From the NCBI GenBank assembly GCA_038245295.1, contig JBBRSP010000006.1, positions 174,021 through 238,020 on the forward strand: a stretch of DNA of 64,000 nt, given 5' to 3'. Made by a program: the position numbers and the translations under genes. The stretch comes from Candidatus Binatia bacterium (GTDB lineage: Bacteria > Desulfobacterota > Binatia > HRBIN30). Shown here piece after piece: positions 28,773-37,684 of the stretch (its first letter is position 1; every line of letters begins with the position of its first letter). The notes under the pieces were generated by a model, which worked only from the letters and a program-made list of their open reading frames with translations, was not told the DNA's origin and did no database searches.

Positions 28773-29898
28773 TGCGTGTTCGGCCCGAAATGCCGACGCA
28801 TTCGGGATGCGCCACACGGGCATATTTGCTCACCTCGCAAAAGAGATTCTGGTGATCAATTAGTTGTAAGGGGCGAATACCCCCCAGCTTGTCAAACTGG
28901 AGGCCCAGCCGATCAAATTCGACTTCGGCGATCGAAGCGACGTAGCCGATTATTTCGCTCTCGGCCATTCCGGAAGTGTTGCTGAAGCACTTCACAATTC
29001 CGTCGAGCGCACCAGGTCCTGGAACTACGAAATCCATTTCGGAAAAATCGGTTAGTTCGCTGTAGTTGACGTCAATCGCATACTGGAACGCGAGAAATGC
29101 ACCCAGCGATGGGTAGCTGCGGAGGATTGCAAAAACCTCCTCAAGAGACTTAGCCCTACCGACTCGACTTGGAGTACCGTCGCGCATCATTCGTTCAAGA
29201 AGCTGAAGATGATTGCGATGTTTCCGAGGACTGCCGAACGGAGGCGACGGCATGATGTACGCAGCAGAGTAAAGACGCTGACCCCGCGCATAGGCGGCGT
29301 CTAGGATCCGACCATATCTCTCCTCGTCGAAGCCGTACCACGCCGGAAGTTCTCCGAGTTGGTTGATCAGGAGCTCCCAAGTCCCGATGCGGTTAAAGAA
29401 TTTGAAAAGAAGAATTCGAAAGAAGACGTCATCCGCATGCTGAGACCCTTCGTAGATCACATGCCGAATCAGATACTGACTTACCCGATCCGATGCGCGG
29501 TAGGCATTTGTGAACCGGTGCGAAGCAATGATCGGATCGCTGCTCCACGGCAGCGACGCACCCTCAACGCGACGCATGAAGACTGCTTGTCGCTCGGCCG
29601 CAAAGCGCCAATAGGTATCAAAGACAGGCGTAGCTTCGACCGCCCGCCTGTAGGTTGCCTGAAGCAATCGTCCCAACCGAACACCCTCCTCCGTCCCCGA
29701 CGAGCGAAGCAAGGATATCCGCAGATGGCTTGGAGGTCCACCGCAAGACGTGGTGTTTTTGAGCTTCGCAGCAAAAGGTGCGAAGCGATCTGACGCGACG
29801 AAAGAACGAACCCGATCGGAGGGTCCGTTTTGTTTCGCGTCATTGCGCCTGGAATTTGACGAGGTCCGTTGCGCTTGTGCGTCGTTGCCGAGACACAT
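28621..29898 (-). CDS. Hypothetical protein (425 aa), convergent, low-GC
   Basis: Large ORF with about 50% GC over 28800-29500. No confident motif. Confidence 0.3.
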   Translation of the reverse strand: MCLGNDAQAQRTSSNSRRNDAKQNGPSDRVRSFVASDRFAPFAAKLKNTTSCGGPPSHLRISLLRSSGTEEGVRLGRLLQATYRRAVEATPVFDTYWRFAAERQAVFMRRVEGASLPWSSDPIIASHRFTNAYRASDRVSQYLIRHVIYEGSQHADDVFFRILLFKFFNRIGTWELLINQLGELPAWYGFDEERYGRILDAAYARGQRLYSAAYIMPSPPFGSPRKHRNHLQLLERMMRDGTPSRVGRAKSLEEVFAILRSYPSLGAFLAFQYAIDVNYSELTDFSEMDFVVPGPGALDGIVKCFSNTSGMAESEIIGYVASIAEVEFDRLGLQFDKLGGIRPLQLIDHQNLFCEVSKYARVAHPECVGISGRTRIKQNFSPSLDPLPQFYPPKWKLNGAPLPYDGAARGSRREQISFDFVHPSD

Positions 29899-29904
29899 GG
29901 CAGC

Positions 29905-29956
29905 CTTCAGCGCTTTCCAGAATTGACCCGGGCCTGCTCGTCAAAAGTGACCCACC
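29905..29956. repeat. ~52-bp repeat (copy A). Contains GAATTGACCC and GTGACCCACC half-sites. Coincides with a decayed serine-recombinase 5' end.
   Basis: CTTCAGCGCTTTCCAGAATTGACCCGGGCCTGCTCGTCAAAAGTGACCCACC. About 75% identical to 51915-51968. The minus-frame translation gives ...GSILESAEG, like the recombinase N-terminus GSILTSAED. Confidence 0.6.
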
Positions 29957-30162
29957 AAAATATCGCGACCAACCCTTCCAGAGACCATCGAACGCCGCCT
30001 TGATGTTCGATACCGCAGTGCTCGGACGCGTCAAGCGCCCGTCGATCAGCGTGCCATATTGCAGCGTAGTTTCGGGCGCTTGACCCATCCTGCGCGCCGC
30101 GGCCTGAGTCTTTAGGCGGCTTGGCTCGTAGTGTTCGGATTTCGGCAAAAATGAAGCGAACG

Positions 30163-30178
30163 ATTGGCGCGCGCCAAT
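30163..30178. repeat. Perfect 16-bp palindrome ATTGGCGCGCGCCAAT adjacent to repeat copy B
   Basis: Read directly from the sequence. Confidence 0.6.
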
Positions 30179-30184
30179 TGTTCG

Positions 30185-30238
30185 CAGGTGGGTCAATTCT
30201 GACGAGCGAAGGTGGGTCAATTCCGGCGAGCGCTGAAG
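30185..30238. repeat. ~54-bp repeat (copy B), inverted relative to copies A and C. Contains a tandem GGTGGGTCAATTC.
   Basis: Its reverse complement CTTCAGCGCTCGCCGGAATTGACCCACCTTCGCTCGTCAGAATTGACCCACCTG matches 51915-51968. Confidence 0.65.
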
Positions 30239-30242
30239 TACA

Positions 30243-30310
30243 GTAGCTGCACCAGCGGCCGAGTCGGCGATAAAGCTGCGTGGCTCGATTTCGTGAACGA
30301 CGAGGCATCC
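30243..30310 (-). pseudogene. Fragment homologous to the 3' end of the Cas4-like PD-(D/E)xK nuclease gene at 35830-36744
   Basis: The minus-strand translation ...QLYRRLGRWCSYC matches the C-terminus ...RFYRRPGRWCSYCDYLPVC. About 70% nucleotide similarity to 35880-35960. Confidence 0.45.
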
Positions 30311-30705
30311 TACGCGATGTATTTCTTTGAGATCGCCGGGTTCGCGACGACTCGCCTGCCCACTCAGTCAGAAAGATCGCATCGGAGGCGACATTCGACT
30401 GATTGAGAAGGTCATTGAAATGCGCGAGCGGTATCCCGATCCCGTTGCCGCCGTCCCCTCCACCCGCACTTGCTAATCGACAAGACCTTCGAAGGTGTCG
30501 GTAAACTGAAGAAGGAACAGCGCGAACTTTGTTGTCACCACAGGCAAGGAAGCGATGGGAAAATGCATCGGCGAGACCGGCATGCGCGAGCTGCGCAAGA
30601 GGGGCTTCATCAAGTAACGAAAAGTAGCGAGCTTCGGCTGCCCCAGAATGCGGCCCGCGGCACGAAGTGCCCTGTCACCATCCCTCTATACCTCGACACC
30701 GATGC

Positions 30706-33045
30706 CTATCGTCGAAGGAGTCGGTCGAGCCACGAGCGCCGATGTGGCGTAGCTTCGGACGGTTGTGACAACTCACCCCGGATTTGCCCCGGGCTTGGAG
30801 GGCTAGCACTCTTCGATACGACGACGCCGGGAGACCGATACGCCTCTGCTGGTGGAATCGGTTCCCCGCTTGCCCGGGCGATGGCCTGACCGTAGATCGA
30901 CCAAGCCGTTTCGACATCTTTCGACAGCGGTTCCGCAATCCTCCCGAAGCCCGAACGGCCAAATTGATCAACAGTTGGCGCCTGACCAAGTGCTTCCGAC
31001 AGCTGAAGGTACCACAATGACTCTTCGGCCAAGCGCTTGAGCTGATGGTTACGCTGTTGTGCTTCGACCTGCACCTTGGCTTCTTCGGGGTTTGCCACTA
31101 GGCTCCTTCGCTCGAACGGTTGTCCACCAAGCGCACAGAAAACCGACCACGTGAATCCGACGCGATCCGCCGGCATGATGGTCTCGCGTGTCGGCATTCG
31201 CGGGGCCTTCTCTCGGATGGTTGCATACAGCCCGCTGACGTCACCACCGAACCAATGGTTCGTGGCTCCCGCGCCGAATTTCATGAACTGCTTGAGAGTC
31301 GGAGGCTTTCCTCGATCCGCGAGCATACGATGGAATCGCTCTGCGGCACCTCGGATCTCCGTCTCCCAGCGGGCATGCAGGTAGCTATCAAGATACCCCT
31401 CGGCCCATGCGCGACGATGCTTGGTGATGATGTCGCGCAGGAACTCGAATCCTTCCCGCCGTGTACCACTGGAGGTCTGTATGCGTATTGAGACACCGGG
31501 GAATACCTCTGTTTTCGAGGATCGGTCGACGATCTCTTGTGGAGGCCCGAGCTTCGTCTCACCCAGACGGAGTTCTTCAAAAAGGTCCCTCGGTATTGGG
31601 CACTGAAGCTCCTGGAGGATGTCGACGTCCGCCGCATGGTACTGCGACAGACCTGCCATGTCGGTGCGCGAGGATGGACCCTCGCAAAGAAACCATGCTG
31701 TGAGAGCGCAGCCGTGCCAGACCCTGAGCGCGGCTCCAAAGGTCTGCGCCATGGCGGTATGCGGAAACGGCTCACTTACGACCCGATCTGGAAAGCGTTC
31801 TAAAACGGTCGTACCCCAGAGACGATCAATCTCCACGATAAGGTCTGCGGATAGGAAATCGCGGTAAAGGCCAGGCGTGTAGGGAGAACGCCACACGTCG
31901 TCAAACGTGATGAAGCCGCCCTCGTCGACAAGGCCCCAGAGTGACGGTTTCCCGGGGAGCTGCCGAGCATGCACCTCGTCGAACGCACTCCAGTACTTCC
32001 GCAGCGCAGCAACGCGTCGCTCAACCGGCGAAGACGTCCCAGTCTCCGCCCAGTAGGTGGAGAGGATATCTCGCACAGCGTCGGGAGAAACTCCCTGAGC
32101 CGCCGCGATTTCTTTCACCTGCCTCTTCGCCCTGACAAAGGGGCGAACTTTGGGGAGTGCCGTAATGATCTGCTCGTCCGGATGCGGTGGCTCGCCAATA
32201 TATTCGAGAAACGCCAACCAGCTCCCACCGAAGAACGCTGAAAGTAGGCGCTGGTACGGTTTGGTCAAAACCTGTTTCTTTTTTGGGGCGCCGTTGCGGG
32301 CGCTTTCGTAGTAACGCTGGACGAGTGTGACAAGAGCGGACGCTCGATAATGCTTGGCCTTGTCCACGCCAACCTGGTTTCCGAGCGCGCTCAAGAGCGC
32401 CCGCTTCACGTCCAGCTGCTCGGCAATCGCCATCGTGCTCCAATCGCGACCAGATCGCATCGGGCTGAGTTGATCCCCGACCTGGAAACCCATCGCACTC
32501 AGGTTCTCCGTCGCAGATGCCCACGCTCGTTGCGCGTCCTCCCGACTCATCGTGCCGGAACGATGTCCACGAAGAGCGAACACTTCGAACAAGCGCTCGA
32601 ACAAGGGTTCGAGCATTGCCCAGGAGAACACGGCGTCTGATGCAGTCTTGAAGATCACGCTCGCTTTCTCGGCGATTGTGGCTCCCCAGGCGAAGCGATC
32701 CTGCTGTCGGAAGTGAGCAGGAAAGTTCGCCATGCCGATTGAGACGCTTGCCCTCTCCGGGAAGTACCAGGCACCTTGAGAGTTCTGACCTTCAAGGCTG
32801 AAGACGCTATCCAGAAACTTCCGCTGCCGAGTGTCGAGGCCCGCGACACTCACGTCGTCGTTCCCGCGCGGACCGCCACGATGCGTAATGACCGTCTCAC
32901 CATGAAGTCCTCGCGCCAGCACGGTAGCAACAACCTCATCGATTTCTTCGAATACGATGCCAGCACGGTGCTCGACCTCGAGCGCCAATAGCTGCGATGG
33001 CTGAGCAAGAATCATTCGCCCAAAGGTGTCCAAGCGATCACTCAT
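30706..33045 (-). CDS. Hypothetical protein (779 aa), translationally coupled to the upstream DUF559-helicase
   Basis: Its start overlaps the helicase stop by 4 nt. No confident motif. Confidence 0.35.
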   Translation of the reverse strand: MSDRLDTFGRMILAQPSQLLALEVEHRAGIVFEEIDEVVATVLARGLHGETVITHRGGPRGNDDVSVAGLDTRQRKFLDSVFSLEGQNSQGAWYFPERASVSIGMANFPAHFRQQDRFAWGATIAEKASVIFKTASDAVFSWAMLEPLFERLFEVFALRGHRSGTMSREDAQRAWASATENLSAMGFQVGDQLSPMRSGRDWSTMAIAEQLDVKRALLSALGNQVGVDKAKHYRASALVTLVQRYYESARNGAPKKKQVLTKPYQRLLSAFFGGSWLAFLEYIGEPPHPDEQIITALPKVRPFVRAKRQVKEIAAAQGVSPDAVRDILSTYWAETGTSSPVERRVAALRKYWSAFDEVHARQLPGKPSLWGLVDEGGFITFDDVWRSPYTPGLYRDFLSADLIVEIDRLWGTTVLERFPDRVVSEPFPHTAMAQTFGAALRVWHGCALTAWFLCEGPSSRTDMAGLSQYHAADVDILQELQCPIPRDLFEELRLGETKLGPPQEIVDRSSKTEVFPGVSIRIQTSSGTRREGFEFLRDIITKHRRAWAEGYLDSYLHARWETEIRGAAERFHRMLADRGKPPTLKQFMKFGAGATNHWFGGDVSGLYATIREKAPRMPTRETIMPADRVGFTWSVFCALGGQPFERRSLVANPEEAKVQVEAQQRNHQLKRLAEESLWYLQLSEALGQAPTVDQFGRSGFGRIAEPLSKDVETAWSIYGQAIARASGEPIPPAEAYRSPGVVVSKSASPPSPGQIRGELSQPSEATPHRRSWLDRLLRR

Positions 33046-35123
33046 GAATCGAGTTCTTTGATGATCTCTAAGTATTGCTCGAACGTGACCGGCTCGGGCG
33101 AGTTTTGCGCATAGACTGCGTAACGCTGCGCAAGGGCTTCGCGTTCACGTTCTTGCCGGCGCTGCTCCACGCGTCGCTCGTCATGCACCAGTCGCTCTTC
33201 AACGGCCCCACGCTGGAAGACCACAAACGTTTCTGGGCGCCCCGCTGCGTCCTGCCCACGCGTACCCGGCAGGTCCTCCGTGGCGGACACACGACTCCAT
33301 TCGGGCGGAATTTCATGGCTCGTGAGTGGGTCCATGTCGTTCTCTCGGTAGATTGTATCGATATGCTCGTCGAGACCCAGTTCCGCATGGTAGATGACGT
33401 CGAGAAACTGCTGATGTCCATCGGTCCGACCCACAAGCGCAGGATGCGTCAGCACTCGTATTCCGCGGCCGACAAACTGATAGAATTCGCTGAAGCTGTT
33501 GTACGGCCGCATCGGGACGATGACGGTAACAGGGGGAAAGTCATATCCCTGCCCCAGCATGCGTAGCTGGACGATCCCTTGCAGGTCGCCGGACTCTTGC
33601 TCAAAACGATCCCGGATCGCTGTGATTCGAGCATCCGTCATCGAGTGGTGCAGATGGGCGCACGGTATCCCGTGCTCTTCGGCGATCCGAGCGATTTGTT
33701 CGGCGTGGCGTTCTCCCAGGGCAGAGAAAAGAACGCGAGGCTTGATGGGATAGAGGGCCGATGTCTGTGCGTCCAGCGCCCCTCGGACGGCGCGCATTAC
33801 TTGGCGGATTGGCTCGGTCGATTTCGCTGTGATGCGCGCAAGCTTCCGCTCGTCCTGGATGAGTTCGAGAATCGCATCCCTACCCGCAATCTCCTCGCGT
33901 GCTCCGTCGGGCCATACTAACTCGTAGGTTGTCTGGGTCGGGTCCGGCGCGAATCGATACACCCGAAGATTCTTGGCGTTTCCATCGGCGATCGCGTCGA
34001 TGAGCCGGTAGCGATACACAACATCGGCATCGATGGACTTCCCGTCTAGCCGCTGAAAACACGCGGACATGAGAAGTGTGCGTGCGCCGGCAAAATGACG
34101 AAACGTCCTCTGGTACGATTCGGCCGCTGCGATGTGCGCTTCGTCAATGACGATGAAATCGATGTCGTCCGGTCGCAACTTCATCAAGAGGTCGTCCGCG
34201 TCTCCGCCGGTTCCAAGAGAGTGGAAGTTCGTCACGACTACGTCGGCACCGAGAAGCTGCTCGCGCGTGACATCGCGGATCGCCGCTTCATCTCGATCGA
34301 GAACCCGTACCTTTGGGGGGGGAGTGCCCGGAATCAGTGGGCCACCCGGGAGCCCATATAGGACGTTGCCAACGGCGCTGTGATCGAACGCTTTGGCGAA
34401 CGTGCCGCGGATGACACTGCCGGGCGTTACGACCAGCGCGCGCTTCCGAGTGAAGGCCAATGATGCCACAACGGCCAAGGCGGTCTTGCCGGATCCAACC
34501 GACATTACGCAGGCTGCTCTGGTCCCACCGGAGCGCAGATAGTTTGCCAGCGCAACTACCGCCTCCCTCTGACAGCTGCGGAGGGTGCGCTGATTGAGCT
34601 TGTCGCGTACCTGGTCGAAGTAGGTCATGGGTGCGCCGTTTCTCGATAGTTCCCCATCCCACCCGAAGGGACGCAGCGCCTTGAGCCGATCTGGATCCAT
34701 CTCGGGCGTCTCCACGACCGGATCGCGAAGCAACAAGACTTGGAGTGCGGGATCTGTAGCGAGAATCGTTTGGAGTTGGGAAACGCATCGACCCGTCTCT
34801 CGACGAATCGAGTCGTACGAAAATCTGACAACGACCCTCCCAGAACCCTGGAGGTCGTTCTGTCGCATGCGGTCGTAGCTAAAAGCTGAACGATGTCCAT
34901 GAAACTCGAACCCGTCGAGCTCGATGATGAAGGTCTTCTCGTCGCCCTGGATTTCATAATCGACCCGATAGCACCGTGTGCCGATCTCCAGCTCTCGCTG
35001 CGGAACCACGCGGGCACGGATCTCCCGTCTAGCGGCAGGCGCGAGGACCCAACGCAGGAACGCGTACTCGAGGAATGAGCTTGCCGCGACGTCCTCATAA
35101 AGTTTCGCATCATCCGGCATCTT
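33042..35123 (-). CDS. SF2 DEAD/DEAH-box helicase with an N-terminal DUF559/Vsr-like PD-(D/E)xK endonuclease-like domain
   Basis: N-terminus VDYEIQGDEKTFIIELDGFEFHG...DRMRQNDLQGSGRVVVRF (DUF559). Helicase motif I VMSVGSGKT, motif II VIDEAH and motif VI QFVGRGIR. An alternative longer start is at 35204. Confidence 0.6.
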   Translation of the reverse strand, partial: KMPDDAKLYEDVAASSFLEYAFLRWVLAPAARREIRARVVPQRELEIGTRCYRVDYEIQGDEKTFIIELDGFEFHGHRSAFSYDRMRQNDLQGSGRVVVRFSYDSIRRETGRCVSQLQTILATDPALQVLLLRDPVVETPEMDPDRLKALRPFGWDGELSRNGAPMTYFDQVRDKLNQRTLRSCQREAVVALANYLRSGGTRAACVMSVGSGKTALAVVASLAFTRKRALVVTPGSVIRGTFAKAFDHSAVGNVLYGLPGGPLIPGTPPPKVRVLDRDEAAIRDVTREQLLGADVVVTNFHSLGTGGDADDLLMKLRPDDIDFIVIDEAHIAAAESYQRTFRHFAGARTLLMSACFQRLDGKSIDADVVYRYRLIDAIADGNAKNLRVYRFAPDPTQTTYELVWPDGAREEIAGRDAILELIQDERKLARITAKSTEPIRQVMRAVRGALDAQTSALYPIKPRVLFSALGERHAEQIARIAEEHGIPCAHLHHSMTDARITAIRDRFEQESGDLQGIVQLRMLGQGYDFPPVTVIVPMRPYNSFSEFYQFVGRGIRVLTHPALVGRTDGHQQFLDVIYHAELGLDEHIDTIYRENDMDPLTSHEIPPEWSRVSATEDLPGTRGQDAAGRPETFVVFQRGAVEERLVHDERRVEQRRQEREREALAQRYAVYAQNSPEPVTFEQYLEIIKELDS

Positions 35124-35712
35124 CGGACTCGATTTGGCGCAGCCGCTCCGTGATTTCCTCGCGTTCCTCGGATCCCTGACCAAGCCGTTCTGCAGCTTCC
35201 GCAACCTTTAAAGCCTCGCGAAGATACCCTTCGTTCTGGTAAAGCCGAAGCAGATGGGAGAACGACAGAATCCCGAACTGGCGCACCACACCGTCGGCTT
35301 CGTAGGATACGGCCTCCGGAAGGGATTCGGCGAGGCTAATGTCGAGCCAGCAAAGGCGTTCGACTTCTACAAGAACTGAGGGTTCCTCTATCCTTCGCTT
35401 CCAGAGCTGATCGGCGACACCTTGGATCGCGAAGTGGTATTCACTCCCCGTTCCGGGCAGTTCGAGAACCTCGGACAGATGTCGGAGTAGTCCGACGGTT
35501 GATGCTTCCGAAGAGGAGTGCTGCGAAGCTGGAGACGCTGATGTCTTCCCGTTGCCGGTGAGCAGTGGCCAGCTCAAAGATTCCTCACGTTTGCCTTCCA
35601 TATCGAAGACGTGACGCTCCGGAACGGCATTCTGCCCTGGAAGCCTCCCAGTACGTGTCCCTTGATAGGTCACACCGGGAATGTCAGCGAAGCGTTTGAA
35701 CCACTGAGGCAT
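35110..35712 (-). CDS. Hypothetical protein (200 aa)
   Basis: ORF upstream of, and overlapping, the helicase start region. Confidence 0.3.
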   Translation of the reverse strand: MPQWFKRFADIPGVTYQGTRTGRLPGQNAVPERHVFDMEGKREESLSWPLLTGNGKTSASPASQHSSSEASTVGLLRHLSEVLELPGTGSEYHFAIQGVADQLWKRRIEEPSVLVEVERLCWLDISLAESLPEAVSYEADGVVRQFGILSFSHLLRLYQNEGYLREALKVAEAAERLGQGSEEREEITERLRQIESEDAG

Positions 35713-35829
35713 GGTAGGCCATTATTCACACGTGCTTGGAAGGCGGCAAGCGCACGCGACCTTTTCATTTCGAGAGAAAGAAAAGAAGAGCCCGATCGGA
35801 GTGATCCGTCGGGCTCGTTTGTGGTTGCG

Positions 35830-36744
35830 TCACGGGGCTAGAACTTTGACCAAGGTCCGCTCGGCAAGAGCTTCGTCGCCAAGGCACACGGGCAGGTAGT
35901 CGCAGTAGCTGCACCAGCGGCCGGGACGACGATAGAATCGCTCGGCCGTGATTTCTTGAGCGACATATCCGGCCTTCGCGATGTATCGGGTGAGATCGGC
36001 CGGTTCACGGCGACTGAGGTGCCATTCGATTTTGGGTTGAGTCGTTTTCACGAGGACACAGAGCGCCGTTTGGGTCGCATCGGGCTCCGCGAGTTGATAC
36101 GCGGTCAGTTGATCGGACAACGCGGCTTCAAACGGGGGGTACGTTGTGGCTGAAGTCTTGAAGTCGAGGACGGTTCGTTGGCCGTCGACATCGGCGACGA
36201 GATCGATGATGCCAACAAGTTTGAGCGAGAGACTGGTCACCGTCACGGTAAACGGTCGTTCCACGGCCCTGACCGTCGTGATGCGGCCGACATCCGTGCG
36301 CGCGAACTGTTCCATGAGGGTGACGCCGATGGCGAGGAGCTTGTCCCAAGACTCGCGGTCTTTGTAGCGAACCGGAGCTTGTCGGATCGCGTTCCACTGC
36401 GTACGGAAGGTGACCACCGGATCCTCGCCGCCCCGAAACAACGCCTCGAGGGCAGCGTGCACGATCTTGCCGAACACCAAACTCGCGTCTGGCACCCGGC
36501 GCCGCAGATTCTCGTGATAATACAGCCGATATTGCTCGGGGCAGTGCAGATATCGGCTGACGCGCGAATGGGAGAGATGAGGCGCCTGTTTTGAAACGCC
36601 TCCATTCTGTGTCCGTTCTTGCTCTGGTGCGTCCACGGTCAATCCCTTCGCACGGCGCGAAGCGGAGGTGCTGAGAGCGGCGGGAGTACCTGAGCGACGT
36701 TGGTGTAGCGGCCATCCGGACTTGGCTGTGTCGTGACTCCACAA
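35830..36744 (-). CDS. Cas4/RecB-like PD-(D/E)xK nuclease with four Fe-S-type cysteines
   Basis: N-terminal HLSHSRVSRYLHCPEQYRLYY. C-terminal C-x2-C-x5-C (WCSYCDYLPVC). The position of the true N-terminus is uncertain. Confidence 0.5.
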   Translation of the reverse strand: MWSHDTAKSGWPLHQRRSGTPAALSTSASRRAKGLTVDAPEQERTQNGGVSKQAPHLSHSRVSRYLHCPEQYRLYYHENLRRRVPDASLVFGKIVHAALEALFRGGEDPVVTFRTQWNAIRQAPVRYKDRESWDKLLAIGVTLMEQFARTDVGRITTVRAVERPFTVTVTSLSLKLVGIIDLVADVDGQRTVLDFKTSATTYPPFEAALSDQLTAYQLAEPDATQTALCVLVKTTQPKIEWHLSRREPADLTRYIAKAGYVAQEITAERFYRRPGRWCSYCDYLPVCLGDEALAERTLVKVLAP

Positions 36745-37535
36745 GGGATGTTCAGGATCGTGCCTTCGGTGAGCGGTTGCGGCGCGACGTAGCCGGCGGT
36801 CTCGATATGCTGCCGCAGCTGATCGGCCGAACCGAAGAGCTTAGAAGTGCGACCACCGATGTCGACAGTGACGAAGAGGCGCCGTCCCCATCTGCCGTCC
36901 ATTCCGCCGACGTCCACGAGTCGCGCCGGGACCGCGTTGTTGTTCCCGGTTGGCGGAGCGCCTTGCTCGCGTCGCACCGGCGGCGGTGTTGATGCTCCAT
37001 TACCATTGCGTTGCCGGTTCGGCCCAAGAAAGCGTGACACGATTCCCGACTGCACGAGTAGCATGTGATCGGCTTGGCTTTGAATCGAGTCGATGGTCAG
37101 CTGCTCGATCGGCGCGGAGAACTCAATCGAGAGCGAGTCGATTCTGCCATCCGGGCTGACACTACGCTTGAGCACCATCTGCGTTCCGCTGCCATGACCG
37201 TTGCCGTTCCCATTGGTCGTGGTCTTGCGTCTCCGCGGCGCGGGTGGCTCGTTTTGAATCGCGTTGCGCTCTGCCTGATCGTACGTGGCGAGCGGGCCAG
37301 AGCTAGTTCCGTGGAGCTGGTGCAGCACCGCCTGAACATGGGCGCAGTACTCACCCGTATGTGCATTCGCCTGAAACTCGGCGCATGTGCATTGCGGCAC
37401 ATCGGCACTGCCTGTCACCAGAAACTGTTGCCGCGGGTCGCTCGGCGCGTAAACGCGCCAGCCGTTCTCTGTTTCGCTGATGACGAGCGGCTCCTCTTGG
37501 TTCGCCAACGGTCGGGTTGATGTTGCGTGGTTCAT
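36639..37535 (-). CDS. SWIM zinc-finger protein
   Basis: CTCAEFQANAHTGEYCAH (CxCx(n)CxH). Confidence 0.4.
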   Translation of the reverse strand: MNHATSTRPLANQEEPLVISETENGWRVYAPSDPRQQFLVTGSADVPQCTCAEFQANAHTGEYCAHVQAVLHQLHGTSSGPLATYDQAERNAIQNEPPAPRRRKTTTNGNGNGHGSGTQMVLKRSVSPDGRIDSLSIEFSAPIEQLTIDSIQSQADHMLLVQSGIVSRFLGPNRQRNGNGASTPPPVRREQGAPPTGNNNAVPARLVDVGGMDGRWGRRLFVTVDIGGRTSKLFGSADQLRQHIETAGYVAPQPLTEGTILNIPCGVTTQPSPDGRYTNVAQVLPPLSAPPLRAVRRD

Positions 37536-37684
37536 TTCTCTTCCTCCTTCTGAAATTGGTTGGTGTGAAAGAACTGAGAGGAAGTGTGCGGCGGACAGAC
37601 GAACACCCGTAGGATGGCAGTAGTGCCGCTTGCGGCAATCGTCAGATCCTTCGTGGACGGTGCCGAGTCGCCGACAATGAGGGG

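Noticed and set aside
36128-36742. ORF 36128-36742 (-), 204 aa, overlapping the Cas4-like gene in another frame
   Set aside because: The Arg-rich translation has no motifs. The overlapping frame 35830-36744 carries the PD-(D/E)xK and Fe-S Cys motifs.
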